The translations under genes and the position numbers were made by a program. A stretch of DNA of 64,000 nt from Mobula hypostoma (Eukaryota): positions 201,626,001-201,690,000 of the forward strand of contig NC_086100.1 in assembly GCF_963921235.1 (NCBI RefSeq), written 5' to 3'. Shown here piece after piece: positions 25,386 through 38,489 of this stretch (position 1 is its first letter; each line of letters begins with the position of its first letter). The notes under the pieces were generated by a model. That model was not told the origin of the DNA and ran no database searches. It was given only the letters and a program-made list of their open reading frames with translations.

Positions 25386-26589
25386 CTTTATCTTGTAATG
25401 CCCTAGCATCAACGTTCCCTCTAATTTTTTTTTACAGCTGGCATGGACCAACCATTGCTCTGAGCAGGAAATTTTTACATGGTCCAAAAACTGCGCAGCT
25501 GACTTTTTTTGTAATATGCATACTATGGATAGATGAGGAGCAGAGTTAGAAGGTGGGAGAAGGAAGGGAGAAACATAAGGTGATAGGTGAAACTGGGAGG
25601 GAGAGATGAAATAGAGCTTTGAGAAGTTGACTGGTATAAGAGATACCGGGCTCTAATAGGAGAGGAAGAAGGAAAGGGGGGGGGGGGGGAAGGAGCACCA
25701 GAGAGCGGCAACAGGTCCTATACTCAATACGTTGGTTTATGAAAGCCAGTGTACCAAAAGCTTTCTTTACAACTATCTACCTATTTCATGACTTTCAAGG
25801 AATTATGGATCTGTATCCCCAGATCCCACTGCAGTGTCTTACTAATCACTGTATAAGTCCTTCCTTGGTTTATCCTCCCAAAGTGCAATGCCTCATTTGT
25901 GAGACCATTTTTCCATTTGGTCCAGATCCCACTGCAAGCTTTGATAGTCTTCCTCATTGTCTACAACATTCTGAATCTTATCATCATCTGCAAATTTGCT
26001 GGTCCTGTTTACCACATTATGATCTAAATCATTAATATCGGATGACAAACAACAATGGACCTTGTACTGACACCTATGGCACACCACTAATCACCGACTT
26101 CAAGTCAGTGGGGCAACCAACTGCTACAACTCTGGCTGATCCCACTAAGCCAGGGTTGCATCAAGTTCACTACTTCACCCTGAATGCCATGCGACTTAAC
26201 CTTCCGGAGCAGTCTCCCATGACTAGGGGTCATGGGTTAAGGATGAAAAGTGAAATGTTTAAAGGAAACATGAAGGGGTAACTTCACTCTGAGGGTGTTG
26301 TGAATGTGGAACGAACTGCCAGCGGTAATGGTGGATGCAGTTTCAATTTCAACATTTTAAGAGGATTGGATAGGTAAGTGGATGGGAGGGTTGTGGAGGG
26401 CTATGGTCAAGGAGCAGGTTGATGGAACTAGACAGTTTAATAGTTCGCTGCTTTAGTGCTCTATGACTCTTGTGACTTTTTGCATAAATGTAGAAATCGT
26501 CCACCACCTTTTCTTCATCAACTTTCCTGGTGACCTCCTTGAAAAACTACATAAGTATTGTTTAGACTCAACCTACCACGCACAGAGCC

Positions 26590-27170
26590 ATAAACAAGGG
26601 AAAATCTGCAGATGCTGGAAATCTGAGCAACACAGACAAAATGCTGGAGGAGCTCAGCAGGCCAGGCAGCATCTATGGAAAAAAGTACAGTCGACGTTTT
26701 GGGCCAAAACCCTCCAACAGGACCAGAGAAAAAAAGCTGAGGAGTAGATTTAAAAGGTGGGGAGGGGGAGAGAGAAAGAGAGAAACAGCAGGGGTCAGGT
26801 GAAGGGATGAAGCAAAGAGCTGGGAAGTTGATTGGTGAAAGAGACAGAAGGCCATAGAGGAAAGAAAAAAGGGGAGAAGCACCAGAGTGAGGTGATTGGC
26901 AGGCAAGAAGATAAGGTGAGAGAGGGAAAGGGGGATGTGAAATGTTTAAGGGGTGGGGTGGGGGGCATTACTGGAAGTTTGAGAAACCGATGTTCATGCC
27001 GTCAGGTTGGAGGCTACCCAAACGGAATATAAAGTGTTGTTCCTTCAGCCTAAGTGTGGTCTCATCACGACAGTGGAGGAGGCCAAGGATTGACATATCG
27101 GAATGGGAATGGAAAGTGGAATTAAAATGGGTGGCCACTGGGAGATCCCACTTGTTCTGGCGAATGGAGT
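26590..27170 (-). mobile_element. Penelope-like element 3' portion
   Basis: DLPVATHFNSTFHSHSDMSILGLLHC...EQHFIFRLGSLQPDGMNI. Confidence 0.88.
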
Positions 27171-27919
27171 GATCTCCCACAAAACAATGTTGACTATCCC
27201 TCATCAGGTCCTGTCTATCCAATACTTACACATATATCTTGTCCCTTAAAATGCTTTCCAATAATCTACCTATTGCAATAACAGGCTCACCAGCCTAAAA
27301 TTTCCCAGTTTATTCTTAGAACCTTTCTTGAGCAATGGAACAACATTTGCTACCCTCCAGTCTTCTGGCAACCCACTCATGACTAAGTATGTTCAAAATA
27401 TCTTTGCAATTTCTGCACTAGCCTCTCAAGGTCTGAGGGGACATCTTGTCAGGCCTTAGGGAGTTATCCACCCTAATTCACTTCAAGACAGCCAGCACCA
27501 CCTCTTCTGTAATCTGGATATGGTCTGTGACCTCACTATTCCTTTTCCTCAGTTCAATTGTCTGTGTCTAGCTCTAGAGTAAATACAAATGTAAAAAAAA
27601 TAATTTAAAATCTTTCCCATTTCTTTTGGCTCTAAGCTAGGTGACTACACTGATCTTCAAGATGAACTTTGTCCCTTGCAATGCTTTTGCTTTTAATATT
27701 ACATTAGAAACCCTTGGGATTCTCTTTGATTTATTGAGTCAATGGTAAGGAAGGCAAATGCAATATTAGCATTCATTTCAAGAGGGACAGAATATAAGAG
27801 GTTTATAAGACATTGGTCAGACTGCACTTGGAGTATTGTGGGCAATTTTGTGCCCCTTGTCTAAGAAAAGATGTACTGCCGTTGAGAGGGTCCAAAGAAA
27901 GTTCACAATAATGATTCTT

Positions 27920-30900
27920 TGTACGTGGCCTACCAGCGGCGTCAACAGAGCTTTACCAAGAGGGATTTCTCGCAGATCGGCGGCGGTTATTTAAAGGGAG
28001 CTTCGAGAGCATTTGTCCATTGTACGTGACCTATCAGCAGCTATAACCGGAGCACCAATCGTGAGTTAGTTAGCAGGGAAGGTTCAGGCATAAAAGGGAG
28101 ACACGGCCAAGCGGAGTGGTCATCGACGGAGTGATCTGAGGCAGAGTGGTAGGGCTTTGGCTCATTCGGACTTTGCAGATAACGGTTTGAGGTGAGGTAA
28201 GTTACCTGTGAGTAATAGAAACAGGAATAATGTCTGTGAGGCCGGTGTTTTGTACTGGGTGTCAGATGTGGGATGTCCGGGAGACTCCCAGCCTTCCCGA
28301 TGGCCACCTCTGCGCCAGGTGCGTAGAGCTGCAGCTCCTTCAGGACCGGGTTAGGGAATTGGAGCTGCAGTTTGATGACCTTCCTCTGGTCAGGGAAAGT
28401 GAGGAGGTGATAGAAAGGAGCTATAGGAAAGTAGTCACACCGGGGACTTGGGAGACAGATAAGTGGGTAACAGTCAGGAGAGGGAAGGGCAGGAGTCAGG
28501 TACTAGAGAGTACCCCTGTGGCTGTCCCCTTTAACAATAGGTACTCCTGTTTGAGTACTTTTGGGGGGGACGGCCTACTTAGGGAAAGCAACAGTGGCCG
28601 CGACTCTGGCACAGAGTCTGGCCCTGAGGCTCAGAAGGGTAGGGAAAGGAAGAGGAAGGCAGTAGTGAAAGGGACTCTATGGTTAGGGGGTCAGACAGGC
28701 GATTCTGTGGACGCAGGAAAGGAACACAGATGGTAGTTTGCATCCTAGGTGCCAGGGTCTAGGACGTTTCTGATCACATCCACGATATCCTGAAGTGGAA
28801 AGGTGAACAGCCAGAGGTTGGTACATGTTGGTACCAATGACATAGGTAGGAAAAGGGAGGAGGTTCTGAAAACAGACTACAGGGAGTTAGGAAGGAAGTT
28901 GAGAAGCAGGACCTCAAAGATAGTAATCTCTGGATTACTGCCTGTGCCACGCAACAGTGAGTATAGGAATAGAGTGAAATGGAGGATAAGTGCGTGGCTG
29001 AGGGATTAGAGCAGGGGACAGGGATTCAGATTTCTGGATCATTGGGACCTCCGTTGGGGTTGACATGACGTGTACAAAAAGAACGGGTTGCACTTGAATC
29101 CGAGGGGGACCAATATACTACCAGGGAGGTTTGCTAAGTCAATTGGGGAGAGTTTAAACTAGAATCGCTGGGGGGTGAGAATCGAACTGAAGAGACAGAG
29201 GAAGGGGCAGTTGGCTCACAATTAAAGAAAGCTTGGAGGCAGTGTGAGAGAGAAGATAGGCAGGTGATAGAAAAGGGATACACTCAGACTGATGGTTTGA
29301 GATGTGTATTTTAACACAAGAAGCACCTTGAACAAAACGGATGAGCGTAGAGCGTGGATCAGCACTTGGAGCTATGATGTTGTGGTCATTACTGAGACTT
29401 GGATGGTTCGGGGCAGTAATGGTTACTGAGAGTGCCAGGCTTTAGATGTTTCAGAAAAGACAGGGAGGGAGGCAAAAGAGGTGGGGGCATGGCACTGCTG
29501 ATCAAAGATAGTGTCACAGCTGTAGAAAAGGAGGAAGTCATGGAGGAGTTATCTTCGGAGTCTCTGTGGGTAGAAGTTAGAAACAGGAGGGGGTCAATAA
29601 CTCTACTAAGTGTTTTTTATAGGCCACCCAATAGAAACAGGGGCATCAAGGAGCAGATTGGGAGACAGATTCTGGAAAGGTGCAATAATAACAGGGTTGT
29701 CGTGGTGGGAGGTTTTAATTTCCCAAATATTGATTGGCATTTCCCTAGAGCAAGGGCTTAGACGGGGTGGAGTTTGTTAGGTGTATTCAGGAAGGTTTCC
29801 TGACAAAATATGTAGATAAGCCTACAAGAGGAAAGGCCATACTTGATCTGGTATTGGGAAATGAACCTGGTCAGGTGTCAGGTCTCTCAGTGAGAGAGCA
29901 TTTTGGAGATAGTGATCACAATTCTATCTTTAATTGGGGTAAGAGGGTTTATGAGGCTATCAGGCAGGAACTTGGAAGCATAAATTGGGAACAGATATTC
30001 TCAGGAAAATGTATGGCAGAAATGTGGCAAGTGTTCAGGGATTGTTTGCGTGGCGTTTTGCATAGCTACATTCCAATGAAACAGAAAGAATGGTAGGGTA
30101 CAGGAACCATCGTGTACTTCAGTATTCACTGCTGAAAAGGATCTTGGCGATTGTAGGGATGATTTACAGCGGACTGAAAAGCTTGAGCATGTAGACATTA
30201 AGATAGAGTATGTGCTGGAGTTTTTGGAAAACATCAAGTGGGATAAGTCTTCTGAACCGGAGGGGATGTACCCCAGGCAACTGTGGGAGGCAAGGGAGGA
30301 GATTGCTGAGCCTCTGGCAATGATCCTTGTATCATCAATGGGGACGGGAGAGGTTCCAGAGGATTGGAGGGTTGCAGATATTGTTCCCTTGTTCAAGAAA
30401 GGGAGTATAGATAGCCCAAGAAATTATAGACCAGTGAGTCTTGGTAAGTTGATGGAGAAGATTCTGAAAGACAGGATTTATGAGCATTTGGAGAGGCATA
30501 ATATGATTAGGAACTGTCAGCATGGCTTTGTCAAAGGCAGGTCGTGCCTTTTGAGACTGATTGAATTTTTTGAGCATGTGAGCAAATACATTGATGAAGG
30601 AAGAGCAGTAGATGTAGTGTGTATGGATTTCAGCAAGGCATTTGATAAGGTACCCCATACAAGGCTTATTGAGAAAGTAAGGAGGCATGGGATCCAAGGG
30701 GATATTGTTTTGTGAATCCAGAACTGGCTTGTTCACAGAAGGCAAAGAGTGGTTGTAGATGTGTCATATTCTGCATGGAGTTCAGTGACCAGTGGTGTGC
30801 CTCAGGGATCTGTTCTGGGACCCCTACTCTTCGTGATTTTTATAAATGACCTGGATGAGGAAGTGGAGGGATGGGTTAGTAAATTTGCTGATGACACCAA

Positions 30901-31605
30901 GGTTGGGGGTGTTGTGGATAGTGTGGAGGGCTGTCAGAGGTTACAGCAGGACATTGATAGGATGCAAAACTGGGCAGAGAACTGGGAGATGGAGTTCAAC
31001 CCAGATAAGTGTGAGGTGGTTCATTTTGGGAGGTCAAATATGGCAGAATATAGTATTAATGGTAAGACTTTTGTCAGTGTGGTGGATCAGAGGGATCTTG
31101 GGGTCTAAGTCCATAGGACACTCAAAGCTGCTACACAGGTTGATTCTATGGTTAAGAAGGCATACAGTGCATTGGCCTTCATCGACCTTGGGATTGAGTT
31201 TAAGAGCTGAGATGTAATGTTACAGCTACATAGGGCCCTTGTCGGAACCCACTTGGATTACTGTGCTCAGTTCTGGTCACCTCACTACAGGAAGGATGTA
31301 GAAACCATAGAGAGGGTGCAGAGGAGATTTACAAGGATATTGTCTGGATTGGGGAGCATGCCTTCTGAGAATAGGTTGAGTGAACTCGGCCTTTTCTCCT
31401 TGGAGTGGCAGAGGATGACAGGTGACCTGATAGAGGTGTATAAGATGATGAGAGGCATTGATCGTGTGGATAGTCAGAGGCTTTTTCCTGGGGCTGAAAC
31501 GGCTAACGTGAGAGGGCACAGTTTTAAGGTGCTTGGAAGTAGGTACAGAGGAGATGTCGGGGGTAGGTTTTTTACTCAGAGAGTGGTGAGTGCTTGGAAT
31601 GCACT
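27920..31605 (+). mobile_element. Near full-length decayed CR1 LINE (5' UTR, ORF1 zinc-finger/leucine-zipper/SGNH esterase, ORF2 APE endonuclease plus RT)
   Basis: ORF1 MSVRPVFCTGCQMW...CARCVELQLLQDRVRELELQ and VHVGTNDIG; ORF2 FRKDREGGKRGGG, YRPPN, SDHNSI, FSKAFDKVPH, GVPQGSVLGP, KFADDTK; many stops and frameshifts. Confidence 0.93.
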
Positions 31606-31714
31606 TGCCTTCCTTACTCAAGCTGCAAGTTAACCTTTAGGGAATCCTGCAAAAGGACTCCCAAGTCCCTTTGCAGTTCTGATTTTTGAATTTTCTATGA
31701 CTGTTTAGAAAACA

Positions 31715-32985
31715 GTCATAGAACATGACAGCACAGAAATAAGTCATTCAGCTCATCTAGTCTGTGCCAAACCACTAATCTGCCTCTTCCCATCGGTCTG
31801 CACCTGGGCCATAGCTTCTATAACCCTCCTCCCCGTGTGCTTGCCCAAACCTCTCTTAGATGTTGAAATTGAACCAGCACTTGGTCTGGCAGCTCGTTTC
31901 ACACTCTCACTTCCTCCTGAGTAAAGAAGTTCCTCCTCATGTTTCCCTTAAACATTTCACCTTTTACCCTTAACCCATAACTTCTTGTTGTAGTCTCACC
32001 CAACTTCAGAGGGAAAATGCAAGCAGGGTTTTTCCAATCTATACCCCTCATAATTTTGTAGACCTCTATCAAATCTCTCATCAATCTTCTACATCCTAGG
32101 GAATAAAGTCCTGATCTATTCAGCCTTTCCCTATAACTCAGGTCCTCCAGTCCTGGCAACATCCACGTAAATTTTCTCTGTAATCTTTCAGCCTTATTGA
32201 CATCTTTCCTCTAGGTAGGAGACAATATTGCAAATTAGGCCTCATATATAACTTCAACATAACAACCCAACTCCTGCTCTCCTTTTGACACCCTTTTCAA
32301 GGAATTATGGATCTATATTCCCAGATCCCTCTATTCTACTACAGTCTTCAGTGCCCTACCACTCACTGTGTAAGACTTACCCTGGTTGGTCTTCCCAAAG
32401 TACAACACCTCTCACCTGTTTACATTAAATCCCATCTATTATTTTTCAGCCCATTTTTCCAGCTGGTCCAGATCTTGCTGCAAGAATTGGTAGTCTTTCT
32501 TGCAGTCTACTATACCCCCAGTCTTGGTGCCATCTGCAAATTTGCTGATCCAATTTACCTCATTATGATGCAGATCGTTGATGTACGTTTGTAGATGACA
32601 AACTACAACAGACCCAGCACTGACCCCTGTGGTATATCACTAGTCACAGCCCTCCAGTCAGAGAGGCAACCATCTTACTACCCCTCTCTGGCTTCTACCG
32701 CAAAGCCAAAGTATAATTCAATTTGCTACCTTATCTTGAGTGCCAAGCAACTAAGCCACCTTGACCAGCCTCCCATGCGGGACTTTATCAAAGGCCTTAC
32801 TAAAGTCCATGAAGACAACATCCATGCCTTGCCTTCATCTTATTTTGGCAATTTCCTCATAAAAGTTTATAAGATTGGTTAGATGCGACTTACCATGGAC
32901 AAAGTCATGTTGACTATCCTGAATCAGTCCGTGCCTCTATCCAAATACTTACATATTGGGTCCCTTGGAATACCTTCCAATAGCT
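31715..32985 (-). mobile_element. CR1 LINE 3' part; continues at 44496-44747 and 47995-48300 after nested insertions
   Basis: LPGLEDLSYRERLNR...; AATACCTTCCAATAGCTTT at 32970-32987 joins TTCCCACTACTGATGTCAGGCTC at ~44498 as in other CR1 copies here. Confidence 0.8.
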
Positions 32986-33037
32986 TTCAAAGTTCAAAGT
33001 ACATTTATTATCAAAATATGTATACTATATACAATCA

Positions 33038-35760
33038 ATGCACACAGAACGCTGGAGGAACTCAGCAGGCCAGGCAGCATCTATGGAAAAGAGTACAGTC
33101 AACATTTCAGGCAGACACCCTTCAGCAGGACTGGAGAAAAAAAGATGAGGAGTCAGAGTAAGAAAGTGGGGAAAGGAAAGGAAGAACCACAAGGTGATAC
33201 GTAAACTGGGAAGTGGGGAGTGAAGTAAAGAGCTGGGAAGTTGATTGGTGAAAGAGATACCGGGCTGGAGAATGGGGAAACTGGTACAGGTGTCTCCCGC
33301 TGTACAAACATTCGCTTTTACGAAACATTAGTACCTGTTTTTGCTAGCTGAAAGAGGATTTTCACATTTACAAAAAGAGATGCCAGCTTTAAACTTATGT
33401 TTACCCCAAGAAAGACTACCATGACCATGAAGCCTTGCCCGGGCAGGTGTGTACGCATGTGTGCACGTGCCGATTTTTTTCTGTAAATCGGTTTTGGCTA
33501 ACTCTTCCCAATTCTGTTAAGTGAAACTACACTGCACATACATTATTTCTACTTTGTATAGGTTGTGTATTTATCGTATCATTCCTGCTTTTACTATATG
33601 TTAGTGTTATCTTAGGTTTTATGTGCCATTTGGTAGGTTTTTTTTGGGTCTGGGAACACTCAAAAATTTTTCCCATATAAATTAATGGTAATTGCTTCTT
33701 TGCTTTACGCCATTTCGGCTTACGAACGGTTTCATAGGAACGCTCTACCTTTGGATAGCGGGGGAAACCTGTAGAGGATATAAGGCCATGGAAGAAAGAA
33801 AAGGGGAGGAGCTCCAGAGTGAGGTGATAAGGTGAGAGAGGGAAATTATAATGGAGAAGGGGGGAGGGGCATTACCAGTAGTTTAAGAAATCGAAGTTCA
33901 TGCCATATGGCTGGAAGCTACCCAGACAGGATATAGGTGTTGCTCCTCCAACTTGAGTGTAGTCTCATCATGACAGTAGAGGGGGCCATGGTCTGACATG
34001 TCGGAATGGGAAGTGGAATTAAATGGATGATCACTGGGAGCTCCCTCTGTTTCAGGCGGACAGCGTAGGTGCTCAGCGGATTTGTATTCCAGTCTATGTC
34101 GAGTCTCACTGATATATAGGAAGCCACAACGGGAGCATTGGACACAGTATATGACCCCAGCAGACTCACAGGTGAAGTGTCACCTCACCTAGGAGGTCTG
34201 TTCAGGGCCCTGAATGGTGGTAAGGGAGGAGGTGTAGGGGCAGGTGTAGCACTTCATCTGCTTGCAAGAATAAGTGCTGTGAAGGAAATCAGTGGGGAGG
34301 GATGAATGGACAAGGAGCGATCCCTGCGGAAAGCAGAATGTGGGGAGGGGGGAAGGAAAGATGTGCTTGGTGGTGGGATCCCTCTGGAGATGGTGGAAAG
34401 TTATGGAGAATTATGTGTTAGACGTGGAGGCTGATGCGATATAGGTGAGGTCAAGAGGAACACTATCCCTGGTGGGATGGCAGAAGGATGGGGTGAGGGC
34501 AGACGCGCGAAATGGAAGGGATACAGTTGAGGACATCATTGATGGTGGAGGGAAGTCCCTTTCTTTGAAGAAGAACATCTCCTTAGTTCTGCAATGAAAC
34601 ACCCCATCCTGAAAGCAGATGCGGCAAAGACGGAGGAGTTGCGAGAAGGGGACAGTGTTTTTACAAGTAACAGGGTGGGAAGAGATATTGTCCAGGTAGC
34701 TGAGAGTGTCGGTGTGTTTATTATAGATTAGTAAACAGAGAGATCAAGAAAGGTGGTGTCGGAAATGGACCAGGTAAGTTTGAGGGCAAGGTGAAAGTTG
34801 GAGGCAAAATTGATGAAGTCGACGAGATCCGCATGTATGCAGGTCGCAGCACCAATGCAGTCATCGAAGTAGCATAGGAAAAGTTGGGGAACGATACCAG
34901 TGTAGGTTTGGAACATAGACTGTTCCACGTAGCCGAAAACAGGCAGGCATAGCTGGGACCCATGCGAGTGTCCATGGCTACACCTTTTGTTTGAAGGAAG
35001 TGGGAGGAGCCGAAGGAGAAATGAATAAGAGTGAGGACAAGTTCCATCAGACAGAGGAGAGTGGAGGAGAACTGGTTGGATCTGGTGTCCAGAGAGCTTT
35101 GTGACCTTTCTGGTGAGGGATGGAGGTGTATTGGGACTGGATGTCCACAGTAAAAATAAGATGATTGGGGCCAAGGAACTTGAAATCATTGAAAAGATAA
35201 GGAGCATGTGAAGTGTCATGGACGTAGGTGGGAAGCGACTGGATGGGGGGTGGGGGGGGAGATATGCAGAAGTGAGTTCAGAGGGGCAGGAACAACAGAA
35301 ACAATGAGTCTTAAGTGGACAGGCAGGTTTGTGGATCTTGGGTAGGAGGTAGAAACGGGAGGTGCGGGAACCATGAGGTTGGTGACAGTGGATGGGAGAT
35401 CTCCAGAGTTAATAAGGTCACTGATGGTGTGGGAGACAATGGCCTGGTGCTCCTCAGTGGGGTCCTGTTTGAGGGGTAAGAAAGAGGAGGTGTCTGACAG
35501 TTCTTGCCAGTCCACAGCAAGTTAGAGGTCTGTCCTCCAGACTACTACAGTACCCCTTTATCTGTGTGTTTGATGGTGAGGTTAGGATTATTGTGGAGAG
35601 AGTAGAGGCAAGTGCTTTTGAAAGGAGTGAGGTTGGAATTGGAGAGTTGAGATGGTTAATGTCCCATCGGCAGTTGGCAATGAAAAGATCCAGAGCAGGT
35701 AAAAGACCAGAACAGGGTGTCCAGGAAGAGGAGGAGGGCTAAAGGTGGGAGAAGAGGTCA
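33038..35760 (-). mobile_element. Older decayed Penelope-like element (RT plus GIY-YIG)
   Basis: QELSDTSSFLPLKQDPTEEHQ, FSFGSSHFLQTKGVAMDTRMGPSYA, LFLCYFDDCIG; same terminal repeat as the other PLE copies. Confidence 0.88.
33287..33771. mobile_element. Tc1/mariner (Tigger/pogo-like) MITE
   Basis: TIR CAGGTGTCTCCCGC / GCGGGGGAAACCTG with TA on both sides (33285-33286, 33772-33773); interrupts the PLE 3' region. Confidence 0.8.
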
Positions 35761-35908
35761 TCAGTGCAGGGTGGAGATTGTACCATATGGAATCTTGGGA
35801 TTCATCTCCTTACAGGCAGCCACAAAACAAAGAAACCCAACAGAAGCAACACACATCAAAGTTGCTGGTGAACACAGCAGGCCAGGCAGCATCTCTAGGA
35901 AGAGGTAC

Positions 35909-35944
35909 AGTCGACATTTCGGGCCGAGACCCTTCGTCAGGACT
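35909..35944 (-). ncRNA. Minimal type I hammerhead ribozyme motif in the PLE terminal repeat
   Basis: Minus strand AGUC-CUGACGA-A-GGGU(CUCG)GCCC-GAAA-UG-UC-GACU: conserved core CUGANGA and GAAA, stem I AGUC/GACU, stem II, GUC cleavage triplet. Confidence 0.8.
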
Positions 35945-36242
35945 AACTGAAAGAAGAGATAGTAAGAGATTTGGAAGTGGGAGGGGGAGGGGGAGATCCA
36001 AAATGATAGGAGAAGACAGGAGGGGGAGGGATGGAGCCAAGAGCTGGATAATTGATTGGCAAAAGGGATACGAGAGGATCATGGGACAGGAGGCCCAGGG
36101 AGAAAGAAAAGGGGGAGGGAGGAAAACCCAGAGGATGGGCAAGGGGTACAGTGAGAGGGACAGAGGGAGAAAAAGGAGAGAGAGAGAAAGAATGTGTGTA
36201 TATAAATAAATAACGGATGGGGTATGAGGGGGAGGTGGGGCA

Positions 36243-36704
36243 TTAGCGGAAGTTTGAGAAGTCAATGTTCATGCCATCAGGTTGGAGGCTGCCCAGACGG
36301 AATATAAGGTGTTGTTCCTCCAATTTGAATGTGGCTTCATCTTTACAGTAGAGGAGGCCGTGGATTGACGTATCAGAATGGGAATGGGATGTGGAATTAA
36401 AATATGTGGCCACTGGGAGATCCTGCTTTCTCTGGTGGACAGAGCGTAGGTGTTTGGCGAAACGATCTCGCAGTCTGCATCGGGTCTCGCCAATATATAG
36501 AAGGCCACATCGGGAGCACCGAACGCAGTATATCACCCCAGCCGACTCACAGGTGAAGTGTCGCCTCACCTGGAAGGACTGTCTGGGGCCCTGAATAGTG
36601 GTAAGGGAGGAAGTGTAAGGGCATGTGTAGCACTTGTTCCGCTTACAAGGATAAATGCCAGGAGGGAGATCAGTGGGGAGGGATGGGGGGGGACGAATGG
36701 ACAA
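36243..36704 (-). pseudogene. GIY-YIG endonuclease domain of the PLE ORF (frameshifted from the RT at G-runs)
   Basis: CKRNKCYTC linker, VIYCVRCSRCGLLYIGET, RLRDRFAKH, LPVATYFN, EQHLIFRLGSLQPDGMN. Confidence 0.88.
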
Positions 36705-37502
36705 GGGAGTCGCATAGGAAGCGATCCCTGCGGAAAGCGGTGGGGGGGGGAGGGAAAGGTGTGCTTAGTGGTGGAATCCCCCCTTGGAGGTGGCGGAAGT
36801 TACGGAGAATAATATGTTGGACCCGGAGGCTGGTGGGGTGGTAGGTGAGGACAAGGGGAACCCTGTTCCTAGTGGGGTGGCGGGAGGATGGAGTGAGAGC
36901 AGATGTGCGTGAAATGGGGGAGATTCGTTTGAGAGCAGAGTTGATGGTGGAGGAAGGGAAGCCCCTTTCTTTAAAAAAGGAGGACATCTCCTTCGTCCTG
37001 GAATGAAAAGCCTCATCCTGAGAGCAGATGCGGCGGAGACGGAGGAATTGCGAGAAGGGGATGGCATTTTTGCAAGAGACAGGGTGAGAAGAGGAATAGT
37101 CCAGATAGCTGTGAGAGTCAGTAGGCTTATAGTAAACATCAGTAGATAAGCTGTCTCCAGAGATAGAGATAGAAAGATCAAGAAAGTGGAGGGAGGTGTC
37201 GGAAATGGACCAGGTAAACCTGAGGGCAGGGTGAAAGTTGGAGGCAAAGTTAATGAAGTCAACAAGCTCAGCATGCGTGCAGGAAGCAGCACGAATGCGG
37301 TCGTCGATGTAGCGAAGGAAAAGTGGGGGACAGATACCAGAATAGGTTTGGAACATAGATTGTTCCGGGGGGACTTCCGGGTCATCAAGGGAATGGCGGC
37401 GTAAGGAAAAGGTCTCTCAACAAAAAAGAAGGTAAACTGCCCCAAAATCGAATTTAGACAAATACTTAATATTGCATAACTATATTAATAAAAGGGGCAA
37501 GG

Positions 37503-38489
37503 ATGATGTCTAAGAACAAGAATAAAAAGTCCGCTTCGAAGGCTGATAAACACAAAGAGATGCAGCAAGGCGACGGGCCTAGCTCCCCCACGGCAAGCCA
37601 GGACGGAGAGAATGAGGGGGAATCGGTGACTCTGTCTTTGATTCTCGGAGAGATTCGCGAGTTCCGACAAGATAACAGCAAACAGCTGGAAGATATTAAA
37701 GGAGAAATAGTAAAAACTAACTCGCGGATAGATGAAGCCGAAGCGAGGATTGTTGGAGTTGAAGAGAAGCTACAAAATGCCGAGGAAGTGATAGCAGAAA
37801 TGCTGAAGCTACAAGACCAGCTCCAGTGGAAACTAATAGATCAAGAAGGCCGCTTGAGAAGGGAAAATGTGAGGATCTTCGGAGTTCCCAAAGGAACCGA
37901 AGGTAAACCCGGATTGATGATTCCCTTCGTGGAGAAGCTGCTTAGAGAGAACCTTGATATACCGGCCGCAAAAGACCTACAGATAGAAAGGGCTCACCGC
38001 GCGTTGGCACCACAGCCTCCGGCAGGCGCCCAGCCCAGATCGATTCTGATCAGATTTCTCAGTTACAGAATGAAGGAAGAGGTGCTTAAAAGAGCATGGC
38101 AAAAGAAAGGTTTCATGTGGAACAACTGCAAAATCAGTTTAGACCACGACTACGCACCGGGGATTCTTGCCAGACGGAAGGAATATATGGAAACACGGAG
38201 AGTCCTGAAGGAAAACAACATCAGATTCCAGACTCTGTATCCAGCTCGGCTGAGAGTCTTTTACGACGAAGAGACAAAAACTTACGCTACGGTGGAGGAG
38301 GCAACGTTGGACCTGGCGGACCAGGGACTACCTATTAAAGTTATCACCCAACCGGAGTCGCTACTGGAGAGGATTCGGCAGAAGTCGTGGCAGTTAGTGG
38401 GGCGAGGACGCTCCACTCGAACCAGAGTGTCAAACTACAAGGAAAAGCTGCAAATATTCAGACGCGAATGTACAGAGAATACAGATTAA
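37503..38489 (+). CDS. L1 ORF1p (coiled coil plus RRM/CTD, Transposase_22-like), intact, 328 aa
   Basis: Heptad region, then RRENVRIFGVPKG, IERAHR, PRSILIRF and LYPARLRV, typical of L1 ORF1. Confidence 0.92.
   Translation: MMSKNKNKKSASKADKHKEMQQGDGPSSPTASQDGENEGESVTLSLILGEIREFRQDNSKQLEDIKGEIVKTNSRIDEAEARIVGVEEKLQNAEEVIAEMLKLQDQLQWKLIDQEGRLRRENVRIFGVPKGTEGKPGLMIPFVEKLLRENLDIPAAKDLQIERAHRALAPQPPAGAQPRSILIRFLSYRMKEEVLKRAWQKKGFMWNNCKISLDHDYAPGILARRKEYMETRRVLKENNIRFQTLYPARLRVFYDEETKTYATVEEATLDLADQGLPIKVITQPESLLERIRQKSWQLVGRGRSTRTRVSNYKEKLQIFRRECTENTD

Noticed and set aside
37503..38489. Domesticated L1TD1-like host gene
   Set aside because: Lies within a complete L1 with ORF2, poly(A) and TSD.
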